Positions 53,959 to 63,897 of a stretch of DNA of 64,000 nt are shown one piece after another. The stretch is taken from positions 320,001 through 384,000 of the forward strand of contig CAVWCF010000001.1 in assembly GCA_963753435.1 (NCBI GenBank). The letters run 5' to 3'. Below the pieces are notes generated by a model. It made no database searches, was not told the DNA's origin, and saw only the letters and a list, made by a program, of their open reading frames with translations. The translations under genes and the position numbers were made by a program. Within the stretch, counting starts at the first letter, position 1. Each line of letters opens with the position of its first letter. This stretch comes from an uncultured Actinomycetota bacterium (GTDB lineage: Bacteria > Actinomycetota > Actinomycetes > CAVWCF01).

Positions 53959-55137
53959 TCAGCGCACCACCAGCGAATTCAGGTACCCGTTCAGATTGCG
54001 GGTCACCTCGGCGACGGAGTCGCCACCGAACTTCTCCAGCACCGCGTCGGCAAGCACGAGGGCCACCATCGCTTCGGCAACCACACCGGCGGCGGGAACA
54101 GCGCAGACATCGGAGCGTTGGTTGATGGCCTTGGCCGGTTCGCCGGTGGCGACGTCGACCGTGTCCAAAGCACGGGGCACGGTGGAGATGGGCTTCATCG
54201 CGGCTCGAACGCGCAGCGTCTCGCCGGTGCTCATGCCGCCCTCGGTGCCCCCGGAGCGTCCTGTGCGCCGTCGGATGCCGTCCGGCCCCGGTTCCATCTC
54301 GTCATGGGCCTGCGAGCCGAGCATGCGGGCAATCGCGAAACCGTCGCCGACCTCAACGCCCTTGATCGCCTGAATCCCCATCAGAGCCGCAGCAAGTCGC
54401 GCGTCGAGTCGACGGTCGGAGTGAACGTGGCTGCCCAGTCCCGGCGGCAACCCCGTCACCACCACCTCGACGATCCCGCCCAGGGTGTCCCCCGCCAACT
54501 TTGCGGCCTCGACCTCCGCCTGCATGGCGGTTGAGGTCTCCGGGTCCAGGCAGCGCGCCGGGTCAGCGTCGATTCGCGCGCCGTCCTCGGCCCCCGGGAC
54601 GGTGCCGTCCGGCACCTGCACTGAGCCAAGGGCGACAACGTGGGAGAGAACTTCGGCCCCGAGCGCCTGTCGCAGGAAAGCACGGGCAACGGCACCAAGC
54701 GCGACCCGGGTCGCGGTCTCGCGGGCGCTGGCCCGCTCAAGGATCGGTCGGGCATCGGTGAGCGAGTACTTCTGCATGCCGGCCAGGTCGGCGTGACCGG
54801 GCCGGGGCCGGGTCAACGGTGCGTTCCGGGCCTGGGCGGCCAGCAGGTCGGCGTCCACCGGGTCCGCGGACATGACCGTCTCCCACTTGGGCCATTCAGT
54901 GTTGTTGACCCTGATGGCGATGGGCGAACCCATCGTCACCCCGTGTCGAACGCCCCCAAGGACGTCGATCTCGTCCTGCTCGAACTTCATCCGAGCCCCT
55001 CGGCCCACCCCGAGGCGGCGCCGGGCCAAGTCGTCAGCGATGTCCCCGGACTGAACCGAGACGCCGGCGGGCATCCCTTCCAGGATGCCGACCAGGGCCG
55101 GGCCGTGCGACTCCCCCGCAGTAAGCCAACGCAGCAT
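53959..55137 (-). CDS. aroC: Chorismate synthase
   Basis: [34 protein letters not shown]. Confidence 0.97.
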   Translation of the reverse strand: MLRWLTAGESHGPALVGILEGMPAGVSVQSGDIADDLARRRLGVGRGARMKFEQDEIDVLGGVRHGVTMGSPIAIRVNNTEWPKWETVMSADPVDADLLAAQARNAPLTRPRPGHADLAGMQKYSLTDARPILERASARETATRVALGAVARAFLRQALGAEVLSHVVALGSVQVPDGTVPGAEDGARIDADPARCLDPETSTAMQAEVEAAKLAGDTLGGIVEVVVTGLPPGLGSHVHSDRRLDARLAAALMGIQAIKGVEVGDGFAIARMLGSQAHDEMEPGPDGIRRRTGRSGGTEGGMSTGETLRVRAAMKPISTVPRALDTVDVATGEPAKAINQRSDVCAVPAAGVVAEAMVALVLADAVLEKFGGDSVAEVTRNLNGYLNSLVVR

Positions 55138-55159
55138 GGGTGCGATCTTCCCATGACGC

Positions 55160-55194
55160 GAGGAAGCCGCCGCCCATAGGGCGACGGCTTCCTC
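55160..55194 (-). terminator. Terminator of the pilMNO(P) unit
   Basis: GAGGAAGCCGCCGCCC-ATA-GGGCGACGGCTTCCTC near-perfect 16-bp stem. Confidence 0.8.
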
Positions 55195-55206
55195 AGCGGA
55201 TCTGGT

Positions 55207-55809
55207 TCAGCGGCTGACGGTGATGGTGTCCCCCTCGCAACCGCCCACGGCCTGATCCCCGTAGAGGAACCCGGCGCAGGCCGGCGCGAAGATGCCGTAG
55301 ACCTTGTAGAACTCGCCGAAGGGCGAGCCCACGGTCAACCCGTTGAACGTCTGCCCGTCCACGCTCACGCTGACCGACGTGCCGTCGTCGGCCACCTGAA
55401 GCACAGTCAGCGAGGCGGTCGCGGTCGCGGCCTCGCCCGTCGCCGTGGTTCCAGGCGCTGCCGCATCACCAGTCGTGGACTCGGCTGCCGCCGGCTCCTG
55501 CTCCTGGATGAGTGGCTTGAACGGATCGGTACCAACGGCCCCGTTGAAGACCGGGGGTTCCACGGCCTCGGGGGCAGGCGCCGCCTCGGCCGGGGCTTCT
55601 TCCACCGGGGCCGCGGGGGCCTGAGCCTGCGGCTCCGGCTCCGACGACCCGCTGAAGAAGAGGAAGTAGGCAGCCGCGGCGATCAAGACCACTCCCAGCA
55701 ACGCCACCAGCAGGATCGCTGGCCGACGCGAACTGGTCTCTTCGTTGTCTTCGAACACCGGCGGCTCGGCGACGGCGACATCGCCACTGCCCGGGAACTC
55801 GTTCGACAT
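55207..55809 (-). CDS. Single-pass membrane protein in the pilP position (PilP-like)
   Basis: GGAGGAG RBS; TM helix, Pro/Ala linker, DPFKPL motif, C-terminal beta domain with two Cys. Confidence 0.7.
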   Translation of the reverse strand: MSNEFPGSGDVAVAEPPVFEDNEETSSRRPAILLVALLGVVLIAAAAYFLFFSGSSEPEPQAQAPAAPVEEAPAEAAPAPEAVEPPVFNGAVGTDPFKPLIQEQEPAAAESTTGDAAAPGTTATGEAATATASLTVLQVADDGTSVSVSVDGQTFNGLTVGSPFGEFYKVYGIFAPACAGFLYGDQAVGGCEGDTITVSR

Positions 55810-55823
55810 GTCCTCTCCTCCGC

Positions 55824-56510
55824 TCAGCTGGCCGCGAGCGCGGCGTCGGCTTGGGCCTGGGTCATGTAGACCTGGGCGGTGATGGTCGCCTCGAGTTCTC
55901 CGGTGACGGAGTCCTCTTCGCTGGCCGGGACGATTGAGATCCCGGTGATGAGCATGGCGCGGGTCAGGTCCTCGGCCTTGTTTACGAACTGCTCAACGTC
56001 GAAGTAGGAGCCCGACACCAGCATCGTGAGCGGGATCGCCACCAACGCTTCGCCCGGTTCGGCGGTTGCCTCGGTACCGGTTGCGGTGGCCTCGGACGTC
56101 GAACTCTCAGTGGCCGCCCCCTCTTCGCCTTCGGTGGTGGTGGGTTCAGTTGCCACCGCCGCCTCCACGACTGCCGTTGGCTCCTCCCGGGTCAACGAGA
56201 CCAGCGTTACGCCGGACTTGCCGGCAACGTCGGTCAGGGACCGGATCAGCGCCGGCAATTGCGGGGCCTCCGGCACCTGGGTGCGGATCTCAGCCAGACG
56301 AGCCTGCTGAGTGGGCAGGTCGGCCGCCTGTGCCTCCAGCTGCTTGATCTTGACCTGCAGGGTGGCGTTCTGCTCCTGGGCGACTGTCGTCTGGTCCTTC
56401 AGGTCGGCGGCTTCGGTGCGCTTGGGGTTCACCAGTCCGAACCAGCCGGCGGCGAAGACCGCTGCGACCAGCAGGACGGCGATCAGCGTGTACTTGCGAG
56501 TGATGGTCAT
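55824..56510 (-). CDS. pilO: Type IV pilus assembly protein PilO
   Basis: N-terminal TM, coiled coil, VP..PQLPALI, GSYFDVEQF, RAMLI; follows pilN. Confidence 0.88.
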   Translation of the reverse strand: MTITRKYTLIAVLLVAAVFAAGWFGLVNPKRTEAADLKDQTTVAQEQNATLQVKIKQLEAQAADLPTQQARLAEIRTQVPEAPQLPALIRSLTDVAGKSGVTLVSLTREEPTAVVEAAVATEPTTTEGEEGAATESSTSEATATGTEATAEPGEALVAIPLTMLVSGSYFDVEQFVNKAEDLTRAMLITGISIVPASEEDSVTGELEATITAQVYMTQAQADAALAAS

Positions 56511-56511
56511 G

Positions 56512-57246
56512 TCAGTTCCCACCCTGCTCGGTGTAGCGGCCGGAGTAGGCCTGGTCGGTGACCGTCACCGACGAAGTCGAACGGACGGCGGTCACACCGG
56601 TGCCTTCCACTTCTTCAGCGACCGAGGTGCTGAATTCAGGGTCGGCGTAGGCCGGCTGCTTGGTGAGGCTGTCCAGCCAGGTGGCCACGTCGTTGTGCTC
56701 CAGGGCGAAGCCCTCGAAGGTGACGGTGGCGATACCGGGGGCACCGAACGTGCCCGTGACCGGCGCCGTAGCCGGGTCCAGCGGAACGGTGCCCGGCTCG
56801 GGTGCTCCAGCCACCACCGGGGCGAACGGCTGGGCAATCACCAGGCTGTCCAACCAGACCCGATTCGGGATGGTCAGGCTCAGGTCGTTCAGCAGGAACG
56901 AGAACCGCACTTCCTGGCTCATGGCCTGGGTCAACTGCGTCTCGGCTGCAGCCACCTGGGCGTAAACCTTGGGTACCTCGGAGAACTCGGCGACGCGCGC
57001 CTGCAACGTGGCGGTCACCGCCTGCGCGGCGGCCAGGTCATCAGCTGCCTGGTTCGCCTGAGCCGCGGCACCGGTGTACAGCAAACCGACGCCTACGGCC
57101 GCGGCAATCCCGGCGCCGACCACGACCAGTCGAAGTTGGCGCTTGCGCGCCGCCTCGGCGATCTCGGGCGGTAGCAGGTTCACTCGCGGCATCGCCGCCA
57201 CCTGCGTGACCAGCGATGTGCTGGTCGCTTCCGTCATGACGCTCAT
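56512..57246 (-). CDS. pilN: Type IV pilus assembly protein PilN
   Basis: RVNLLPPE motif, TM, coiled coil, IPNRVWL, FEG.A. Confidence 0.9.
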   Translation of the reverse strand: MSVMTEATSTSLVTQVAAMPRVNLLPPEIAEAARKRQLRLVVVGAGIAAAVGVGLLYTGAAAQANQAADDLAAAQAVTATLQARVAEFSEVPKVYAQVAAAETQLTQAMSQEVRFSFLLNDLSLTIPNRVWLDSLVIAQPFAPVVAGAPEPGTVPLDPATAPVTGTFGAPGIATVTFEGFALEHNDVATWLDSLTKQPAYADPEFSTSVAEEVEGTGVTAVRSTSSVTVTDQAYSGRYTEQGGN

Positions 57247-58304
57247 GCGGCGGCTCCCAAGGCCAGACCGACCGGCACGACGGCCAGCCGCTCGACGAAC
57301 TGGATCTGCTCCGGGGTGAGCCCGGTGTCGCCGACGCGAATCGCGGCGAACGGCGAACCCGTGTCGACCGGCAGGCGGCAGCTTTCGCTGAGTCGCTCAG
57401 CCAGGCCGGAGAGCCGGCTGCCGCCACCGGTGAAGGTGATGCGGGAGATCGGCGCACTCGGCCAGGAAGCGCTGAAGTAGTCCAGCGAACCGCGCACCTC
57501 GTCGACGAATGTGTTTGCGGCGGACTCCAGGACTCGGGCTGCCGCTTGCCGGTCCATGCCGGCCTCGGCGCCACCGGTGAGTCCGATCTGCTGCTTGATG
57601 GCTTCGGCCTGCTCGCGCGGAACACCCATGCGCTCCGCCACTGCTTCGGTGAGGTCGGAACCGCCCAGTAGCAGGATGCGAATGAACCGCGGCACGCCGT
57701 TCTCGTGAACCACGATGTTGGTTACGCGGGCACCGACGTCGACGAGAGCCTCGACCCGGCCGGACCCGGCTTCCATGCCGGCAAGGGACCGAAGGACCGC
57801 GAACGAGGACAGGTCCACCACGGTCGGCGTCAAGTCCGCGGCCTGCACGGCCTCGATCGAACGCGCAACCATGTCGCGGGAGGCGGCCACCAGCAGGCCC
57901 CGAACCAGTCGGGTCCCTTCGTTGGAGACCACGTCCTCAAGGGGCGTGAAGTCGAGCACTGCCTGATCGATGGGCATGGGCACGTAGTCGGCGACCTGGA
58001 ATCCCAGCGACGACTTCAGCTCATCCAGCGGCATCCACGGCAGATCGACCTGCCGAACGATCACCTTCTGGTTTGCCACCCCAAGGATCACCTTGCGGCT
58101 GGAGAACTTGGTTCCCTCCCACAGCTGCTTCAGTGCGGCGGCGACGGCGTTGGGGTCCATCACCTCGCCGTCGCGCACGGCTCCGTCGGGCAGGGCCACC
58201 TGGCCAAACTTCTCCAGGCTTACCTGTCCCTTGTTGAGCGCCAACTCGGCAGCTCGGACGCCGGAGGTGCCGATGTCCAGCCCGATGGCGGTTCGTCCTG
58301 CCAC
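57243..58304 (-). CDS. pilM: Type IV pilus assembly protein PilM
   Basis: IGLDIGTS actin-like motif, VDVGA..T, TGGGS.L.GL, VGLALG. Confidence 0.94.
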   Translation of the reverse strand: MAGRTAIGLDIGTSGVRAAELALNKGQVSLEKFGQVALPDGAVRDGEVMDPNAVAAALKQLWEGTKFSSRKVILGVANQKVIVRQVDLPWMPLDELKSSLGFQVADYVPMPIDQAVLDFTPLEDVVSNEGTRLVRGLLVAASRDMVARSIEAVQAADLTPTVVDLSSFAVLRSLAGMEAGSGRVEALVDVGARVTNIVVHENGVPRFIRILLLGGSDLTEAVAERMGVPREQAEAIKQQIGLTGGAEAGMDRQAAARVLESAANTFVDEVRGSLDYFSASWPSAPISRITFTGGGSRLSGLAERLSESCRLPVDTGSPFAAIRVGDTGLTPEQIQFVERLAVVPVGLALGAAA

Positions 58305-58366
58305 GGCTCTTCCCCTCGTTCACGGCTCGCGCCGGTCCATCTCGCCCGAAGGCGATGTCAAGGGGT

Positions 58367-58395
58367 GTGTCGGCGTCACGAGGCCGTTCCTTGAG
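58367..58395 (-). promoter_or_regulatory. FliA/WhiG (sigma-28)-type promoter of pilM
   Basis: Minus strand CTCAAG-N15-GCCGACAC. Confidence 0.65.
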
Positions 58396-58404
58396 CGCCG
58401 AACG

Positions 58405-59184
58405 TCAGCTGAGGAGGCCGCCGTACCAGTCCGCGATGGCCTGGCCGAAGAAGATGGCCAGAAATGCCCCGATGATCATGCTCGGGCCGAACGGGAGCAT
58501 GGTCTTGCGGCCGGCACCACGGAACAGGATCAGCGCGATGCCGAGCAGGCCACCCACGAGGAACCCGAGGAACCCGCCGATGATGAGGATTCCCCAACCG
58601 AGGTAGCCCAGGTACATGCCGAGAACGCCCGCCAGCTTCACGTCCCCGAAGCCCATTCCGGCCGGGTAGATGAGGGCCAGCAGGAAGTAGAACGCGAACA
58701 GGGCCAGGCCGCCGCCGGCGACGCGCAGGATTGTCTCCGCCTCCCCGTTGAGCAGCGCAGCCCCGGCCAGCAGGACGAAAGCCACGGGGTAGGACGGCAA
58801 CACGATGGCATTCGGTAGGCGGCGCGTGTCCAGATCGATGGCGGACAGCGCCACGCCGATGGCCGCCAGGTACAGGTAGGCCGGCAGCGCCCAGTCCCAG
58901 CCGAACCGCAGAGCCACAAGGCCGAACAGAACGGCCGTGCCCGCCTCGACCAGGGGGTAGCGAATGCTGATGGGCCGCGCACAATTTCGGCATTGCCCAC
59001 GCAACACCAGCCAGGAGATGACCGGGATGTTGTCGCGAGGAGCGATCTCCGTCCCGCAGCCCGGACACCGGGACCTCGGCCGAACAACCGACTCCCCCGC
59101 CGGTACTCGGTGGATGACAACGTTCAGGAACGAGCCGATCAGCAGCCCGATCACGACGCAGAACGTCACCAACACAGCGGTCAT
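58405..59184 (-). CDS. pilD: Prepilin peptidase (A24)
   Basis: GSFLNVVIHR, CPGC and CRNC zinc motifs, YPLVE, ID..RLP, MGFGDVKL, PFGP. Confidence 0.96.
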   Translation of the reverse strand: MTAVLVTFCVVIGLLIGSFLNVVIHRVPAGESVVRPRSRCPGCGTEIAPRDNIPVISWLVLRGQCRNCARPISIRYPLVEAGTAVLFGLVALRFGWDWALPAYLYLAAIGVALSAIDLDTRRLPNAIVLPSYPVAFVLLAGAALLNGEAETILRVAGGGLALFAFYFLLALIYPAGMGFGDVKLAGVLGMYLGYLGWGILIIGGFLGFLVGGLLGIALILFRGAGRKTMLPFGPSMIIGAFLAIFFGQAIADWYGGLLS

Positions 59185-59243
59185 CGCGGATGGACCCTAG
59201 GCGCGCTCCAGGTGACGGTGAACGACCGACACTCGGGGCACCG

Positions 59244-60640
59244 TCAGTTCGGGTTCAACTCCAACCACTGGGTTGTCCGAATGATCGACAGGAGGGGGAC
59301 TTCGACGTCCTCGTCGTAGTTGACGACTGCGTTCTTCACCTCGTTGCGGTCAGAGTCCGCCGGGCAACCCGAACTGGGAGCGTGGTTGCGGTCATTGGCG
59401 ATGACCGTGCCCGTGATGCCGTTCGAAGAGGTTTCCAGTTTGATCTGGTTGCCCGCGCCGAACAGCCCGATCCCACCTTCGAAGTTCGAAGTCACCTCGA
59501 GGTCGTCGTCGGCTACGAACACAACGCCCGGAAGGGCAGCGGCTTGGATACCGACCAGTTTGGCCGTGACCTTGCCGCCCTTCATGTAGCAACGGTCGGG
59601 GGGGCCGCCAGACGGTGCGCCTTCGGCGATCACCGTTGCCGCGGCCACGTTGGTGTTGCGGTCCAACTCCGCGTCGCCCTGGTACACGTAGTAGATGCCG
59701 CTACCCCAAGAGGTGGATCGCATCTCCCACAACGGTGCGGTCGTTCCGCTTCCAGGGGTGTACCCCCAGCCGCGGAACGTTCCACCGCCACTGACACGTT
59801 CCCGTTCAGGGCTGTGGCGCCGGTACATGGCGTGGCGGCGGGTTTCGCGCGATCCCGTCAGGACACAGGTCGTACCAACTGCCGTTGTAGCTGGTGGCGA
59901 AAGTCTCGTACATGAAACGCGGGTTGATCTCGGGCACGTACTCAAGTTGGTTGACTTGCCGCCGGAACCAGCGTCACCGACGGATCCGCAGACGCTGTAG
60001 GAGCCGACCGACGTCACGGTGCCGTTGACTGTCTGCGAGCAACCAGTACCGGCGGCTGAGCCGTTCGTGTGGACGTTGGCCTTGCCGCCAATCACTCCAG
60101 CGTCACATCCACGGTCACCGAGGACGAGAAGGCCAGGTCACCCGACGTCAGGATCGCGCTGCCCGGCTTGTACGGAGCGAAGAGGTACTCGGCCTTGAGC
60201 ATGCGGACATCGGAGTTGGCGGCCGCTCGGCTGGGGAACCACCCCATCGAGTACACACGTTGCGGTTGCGCCGGCCGGATCGATACGTAGTCACCGGACC
60301 AGTGCTCACCAGGTCGCCACCGTCGGCGGCCGCGAGCAGACTGTCACGAGCCCACGTGCGCTCATCCTCCTCGGACTGGCGGAGTGACTCCACGGCGCAT
60401 TCGGTCCGCACTGAAGGAGTTATCGGCCTGCAGTTCGGCCAGTGCGTCATCAATCCCTGCTTCGGCCGTCTGCAGCGATCTCCGACTTGAAGCGCGACAT
60501 GGCTGGCGCTGCTTCGGAGCGCACCGGTCGCGATCGCAACCATCACCGACATCAGACCGGTGGCTGCCACAGTGATCCAGAGCACGGTCAGCATGGCGAT
60601 ACCGCGATCTTCGACGGAGGCGGCGCTGCATCCGGGTCAT
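59244..60640 (-). CDS. PilX-like minor pilin, multiple frameshifts
   Basis: GGGAGAG RBS, ATG 60640; EDRG-IAMLTVLWI... and AEAGIDDAL in different frames; C-terminal ORF ends TQWLELNPN. Confidence 0.7.
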
Positions 60641-60654
60641 GTGCTCTCCCAGGC

Positions 60655-61211
60655 TCAGGCGACGTCGTCGACGTTGCGAAGACGTTCGGCGAAATAGAGA
60701 TGCGAGTCGTGGTTGCCAGTGCCCGACGAACGCGTCGTAGTTCGAGTGCCGTCTCGACCAGACGGGTGTCCGGCGCCGGACGTCGTATGAGAACGCGATC
60801 TCGTTGACCAGGCTGCGCGCCTCAACGACTGTCGAAGTGCTTGAACCTTGCATACGCACCACGTCGAAGTGGTCCGGGATCCCCAGCGATCGCGCGTAGG
60901 CGCCCACTCCACCGACTCGTCGGCTTCGCGGCGATAGTTGGAGTTGTAGTCGATCCACAAGCACGAGCATGCTGGGGTGGCGCCGGCGTCGACGCCGCGG
61001 GCGTTGCGAATGTCCCGACCCAGCCGCTCCGACACCTTGCGGACGTCGGCCAGGCCGGTGGCCTCGTCATCGACCTGCGTCTTGGACCGCGCCATGACCG
61101 TGAAGGAAGTGACGGTTATGGCGCTGTGAAGGACAGCAGCAGCATCGTTACCATCAATTCGACGAGCGTGACACCTTCATCAGCACGCATTCGAGACAGC
61201 CGGGCAATCAT
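60655..61211 (-). CDS. PilW-like minor pilin, multiple frameshifts
   Basis: MIARLSRMRADEG|VTLVELMVTM class III signal; LGRDIRNA; ATGA overlap with the upstream gene. Confidence 0.72.
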
Positions 61212-62838
61212 TGCGGGATCACCAGCGAACTCGGCGCGGAAGCCCAGTCGTAGGCCACACGCACGGCGGTCGGCGCTCGCCCGGGAGGGTGGCGCGCATG
61301 ACCAAGTACTTGTTCTTGGTGACCGAGAAGTTGCTTGCGATCGTAACGGGACAATAAGGGCGCGAATGTGGAGTTGCAGTCATACAGCGTGGCGGTGCCA
61401 GTGCCTTCGCTGCCGAAGTGAGCCCAACGAGCGGAGTTCGCCGTGCCCGACGCCACATCGACAGTCAGTGCCCCCGCAGTCGGCATCAGGCAACCGATGT
61501 AGAGCGTCACGACCGCCGTACCCGCTGTGAAGTTCTCCTTGACAGGTGCCTGATAGCGCCAGTCGGCGACGCGGTCTCCGGTTGGTCTCCGTGGTCACGG
61601 CACCACCCTTGTTCAGGTAGCGCCCGTACGCGCCGGGCTTCCCCACCGAGTAGTCGTGGGCGGCGGCTTGGAGCGAACCGTTTGGTCCACGGTGGAGTGT
61701 TGCCCCGTTGTTCGCGTGGGAGCCCCCGGGCTGTTCGTGCAAGTAGTAGGTCGGGAAGGAGCAGGCCGGAACCACACTGCGCGGTGGGTAGCGGCCACGG
61801 ATCCTGCGTCTTGCCCGGTGCTACGGTCGAAGTCGGCGACGGCGACGGAGTTGGACTGACCGTACCGGTGGGTGTCGGCGACGGCAGCGGGCCCGATGCC
61901 GTAGACATGGTCAGCGACAGCGGCAGCGGCCGCGGCGCTTGCTGCGGCGGGCTGACGGCTGGACAACCTCCAGTCACCGTTCCACGTCCCGGTCGAGCTC
62001 GGTGCGGTCGCGACGCCAAGGAAGAAGTCGTCCGCATTGACTTCGACTGGGCCCGTGTCCACGCGTCCGTCGCCGTCGGTGTCGGTGAGCGCGATCATGT
62101 CCAGAGGCATCCTTAGCGCCGTCACCGTTGAGGTCCTGGTAGTAGGTAAAGGTCATCCCAAAGCCGGCCCATCGATGTTCCAGGCGTCGCGCGCTCCGTA
62201 GTTGTGGACTTTGAAGCCGTACACGACCTCGGTGCCCGGCCCCGCGTAATCGACGCGGACGATGTCGGCTCGAGAACGAGAACCGCGGCAACGGCAGGCC
62301 GCGACGAGTTTCGGTCACCAGCGTGGAGATCTGCTGGGTCTGTCGTCTGTCCGCCGCACGGACCACTCGACGACGATGGTGAGCTCGCCGGGTGTCAGTG
62401 GCGTAGCCAGCCGGTGATGTGACGTAGGTGGACATCGTGTACTCGGTGGCGTCGTGGTCTCCTGCGTGATGTGCGGGTTCAGCGGCTCGTCATACCGGTG
62501 GGCAGGATAGATCAGGGTTCCGGCCATCCCGGTGCCTGGATCGAAGGTGTTGCTGACGTTCGGCGATCTGAGGATCGTGCCGTCCGCGTCGGAGTGCGCC
62601 ATGTTGATGAAGACCAGCGCCCGCATCGTCTCGGTCGATTGAACGTCATGTCGACGGCCATCTGGTTCTGGCGGGCAGTCAGACCGCCCTTCAGCGCCAT
62701 CATCGTGGCGGCGGCCAGCGACATGAAGACGAACGCCGCGATCGAGAGTGCGATGACGGTCTCGATCAGCGTGAAGCCGGCAGTCGCGCGGCCGGAGATG
62801 CGGGACCGCAGACGATTGACGATTCGGGTCGCAGTCAC
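61208..62838 (-). CDS. Large PilV-like minor pilin/adhesin (about 540 aa), many frameshifts
   Basis: GTG 62838; RATAG|FTLIETVIAL class III signal; fragments with DLNGDG, DTDGDG, a PT/PS linker and Cys-containing C-terminal domain ending SLVIPQ. Confidence 0.65.
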
Positions 62839-63231
62839 GGGCACACTCCTTGTAGTGGACGGCCGGACAGCGAATCGAAGTACCAGGACTCGGCCTAGCA
62901 GCGCATGGTCGGCTTCGACGCAGTAGCCGGTGATGTCGGCGCGGCTGACGATCAACGTCACGTTCTCGGACCCGTTGCCGATCTCGCCTTGGATGTCCGC
63001 AAGCGTCATCCCGGTGAAGTCCCCTCGCTGCGCGACAGACCAGCTCTCTGCGCCGGTGGCGGCAGCCTTCAAGTCGTTCTGGAGTGCCGCGCGCCAGCCG
63101 TTCTCCCGCTGGTTCAGGAAGGCGGGGATCGCGATGGCCGCCAGGATCCCGATGATGATCATGACGACGAGGAGCTCGATGAGGGTGAACCCGCCATCGT
63201 CCCCGCCGGCGGGTGGCTGCAGCCGTCGCAT
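62835..63231 (-). CDS. Second PilA-like pilin; frameshift near 62893
   Basis: DDGG|FTLIELLVVMIIIGILAAIAIP; true C-terminus ESWYFDSLSGRPLQGVCP* lies in another frame and parallels pilA1 ENWNYQSNVGTPQDGACP*. Confidence 0.85.
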
Positions 63232-63238
63232 GCCGCGT

Positions 63239-63267
63239 TCATCGGCACTAATACGCCCCGCACTTGA
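63239..63267 (-). promoter_or_regulatory. FliA/WhiG-type promoter of pilA2 (probably leaderless)
   Basis: Minus strand TCAAG-N16-GCCGATGA, 7 nt before ATG 63231. Confidence 0.65.
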
Positions 63268-63279
63268 CTGCGACAAATG

Positions 63280-63313
63280 AGTGAGGGGCGACCCTTTCGG
63301 GCCGCCCCTCACT
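63280..63313 (-). terminator. Intrinsic terminator of the major pilin gene
   Basis: Minus strand AGTGAGGGGCGGCCC-GAAA-GGGTCGCCCCTCACT followed by CATTTGT. Confidence 0.85.
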
Positions 63314-63331
63314 TCAGGGTGTATCAGGCGA

Positions 63332-63736
63332 TCACGGGCAAGCGCCGTCCTGCGGCGTACCCACGTTGCTCTGGTAGTTCCAGTTCTCGCCAGTCAACTG
63401 GGCGTGCGTGCCGCCGAGGCAGTACGAGTTGCCGTCAGCAGCCACCGTCACCGCGACGGTCACGTCAGCGGACTGGTTGAAGCCCTCGGCGGTCAGGTCG
63501 GCCGCCACCATGCCGGTGTAGGAACCGTCGTTCTGGGTCGCGAAGGACTCCGCGGCGACCGCGGCGTTCTTCAGGTCGGACTCGACCGTCGCACGCCAGC
63601 CGTTCTCCCGCTGACGCAGGAAGGTCGGGATGGCGATGGCGGCCAGAATGCCGATGATGATCATGACAACGAGCAGCTCGATCAGCGTGAAACCGCCGTC
63701 GCGCTCCTCCATGGACTTGCGAATCCGAGCGAGCAT
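63332..63736 (-). CDS. pilA: Major type IVa pilin
   Basis: MLARIRKSMEERDGG|FTLIELLVVMIIIGILAAIAIP with E5; C-terminal Cys pair; strong AGGGAGG RBS; own terminator. Confidence 0.93.
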   Translation of the reverse strand: MLARIRKSMEERDGGFTLIELLVVMIIIGILAAIAIPTFLRQRENGWRATVESDLKNAAVAAESFATQNDGSYTGMVAADLTAEGFNQSADVTVAVTVAADGNSYCLGGTHAQLTGENWNYQSNVGTPQDGACP

Positions 63737-63797
63737 TGAAGCCCCTCCCTAGGGATGTGGTCTGAGCTCGCGGCAGGTCGGTCGGTGGCCTTGCGGC

Positions 63798-63877
63798 CGG
63801 CCGAGGTAGCTGGGCTGGCTCGGGGAGCCCCCTGGCTTTGCGCCCCCGCCTCGCGACGGGTTCGCCCGTTCTGGCCG
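63798..63877 (-). ncRNA. c-di-GMP-I (GEMM) riboswitch in the pilA leader
   Basis: Minus strand CGGCCAGA-AC-GGGCGAA-CCCGTC-GCGA-GGCGGG-GGCGC-AAAGCCAGGG-GGCT-CCCCG-AGCC-AG-CCCAGCT-ACC-TCGGCCG: P1, P2 with GNRA loop, GCAAAGC junction, P3, and equivalents of G20, A47, C92 and the C44-G83 pair. Confidence 0.85.
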
Positions 63878-63897
63878 TTCACTCACTGTCGGGATCA

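Noticed and set aside
62512-63312. 266-aa ORF with two prepilin motifs (apparent double pilin)
   Set aside because: Explained by a frameshift near 62893; the real pilA2 C-terminus and a GTGA stop/start junction lie in another frame
63798-63877. c-AMP-GMP (GEMM-Ib) specificity of the riboswitch
   Set aside because: The position equivalent to nucleotide 20 is G, not A
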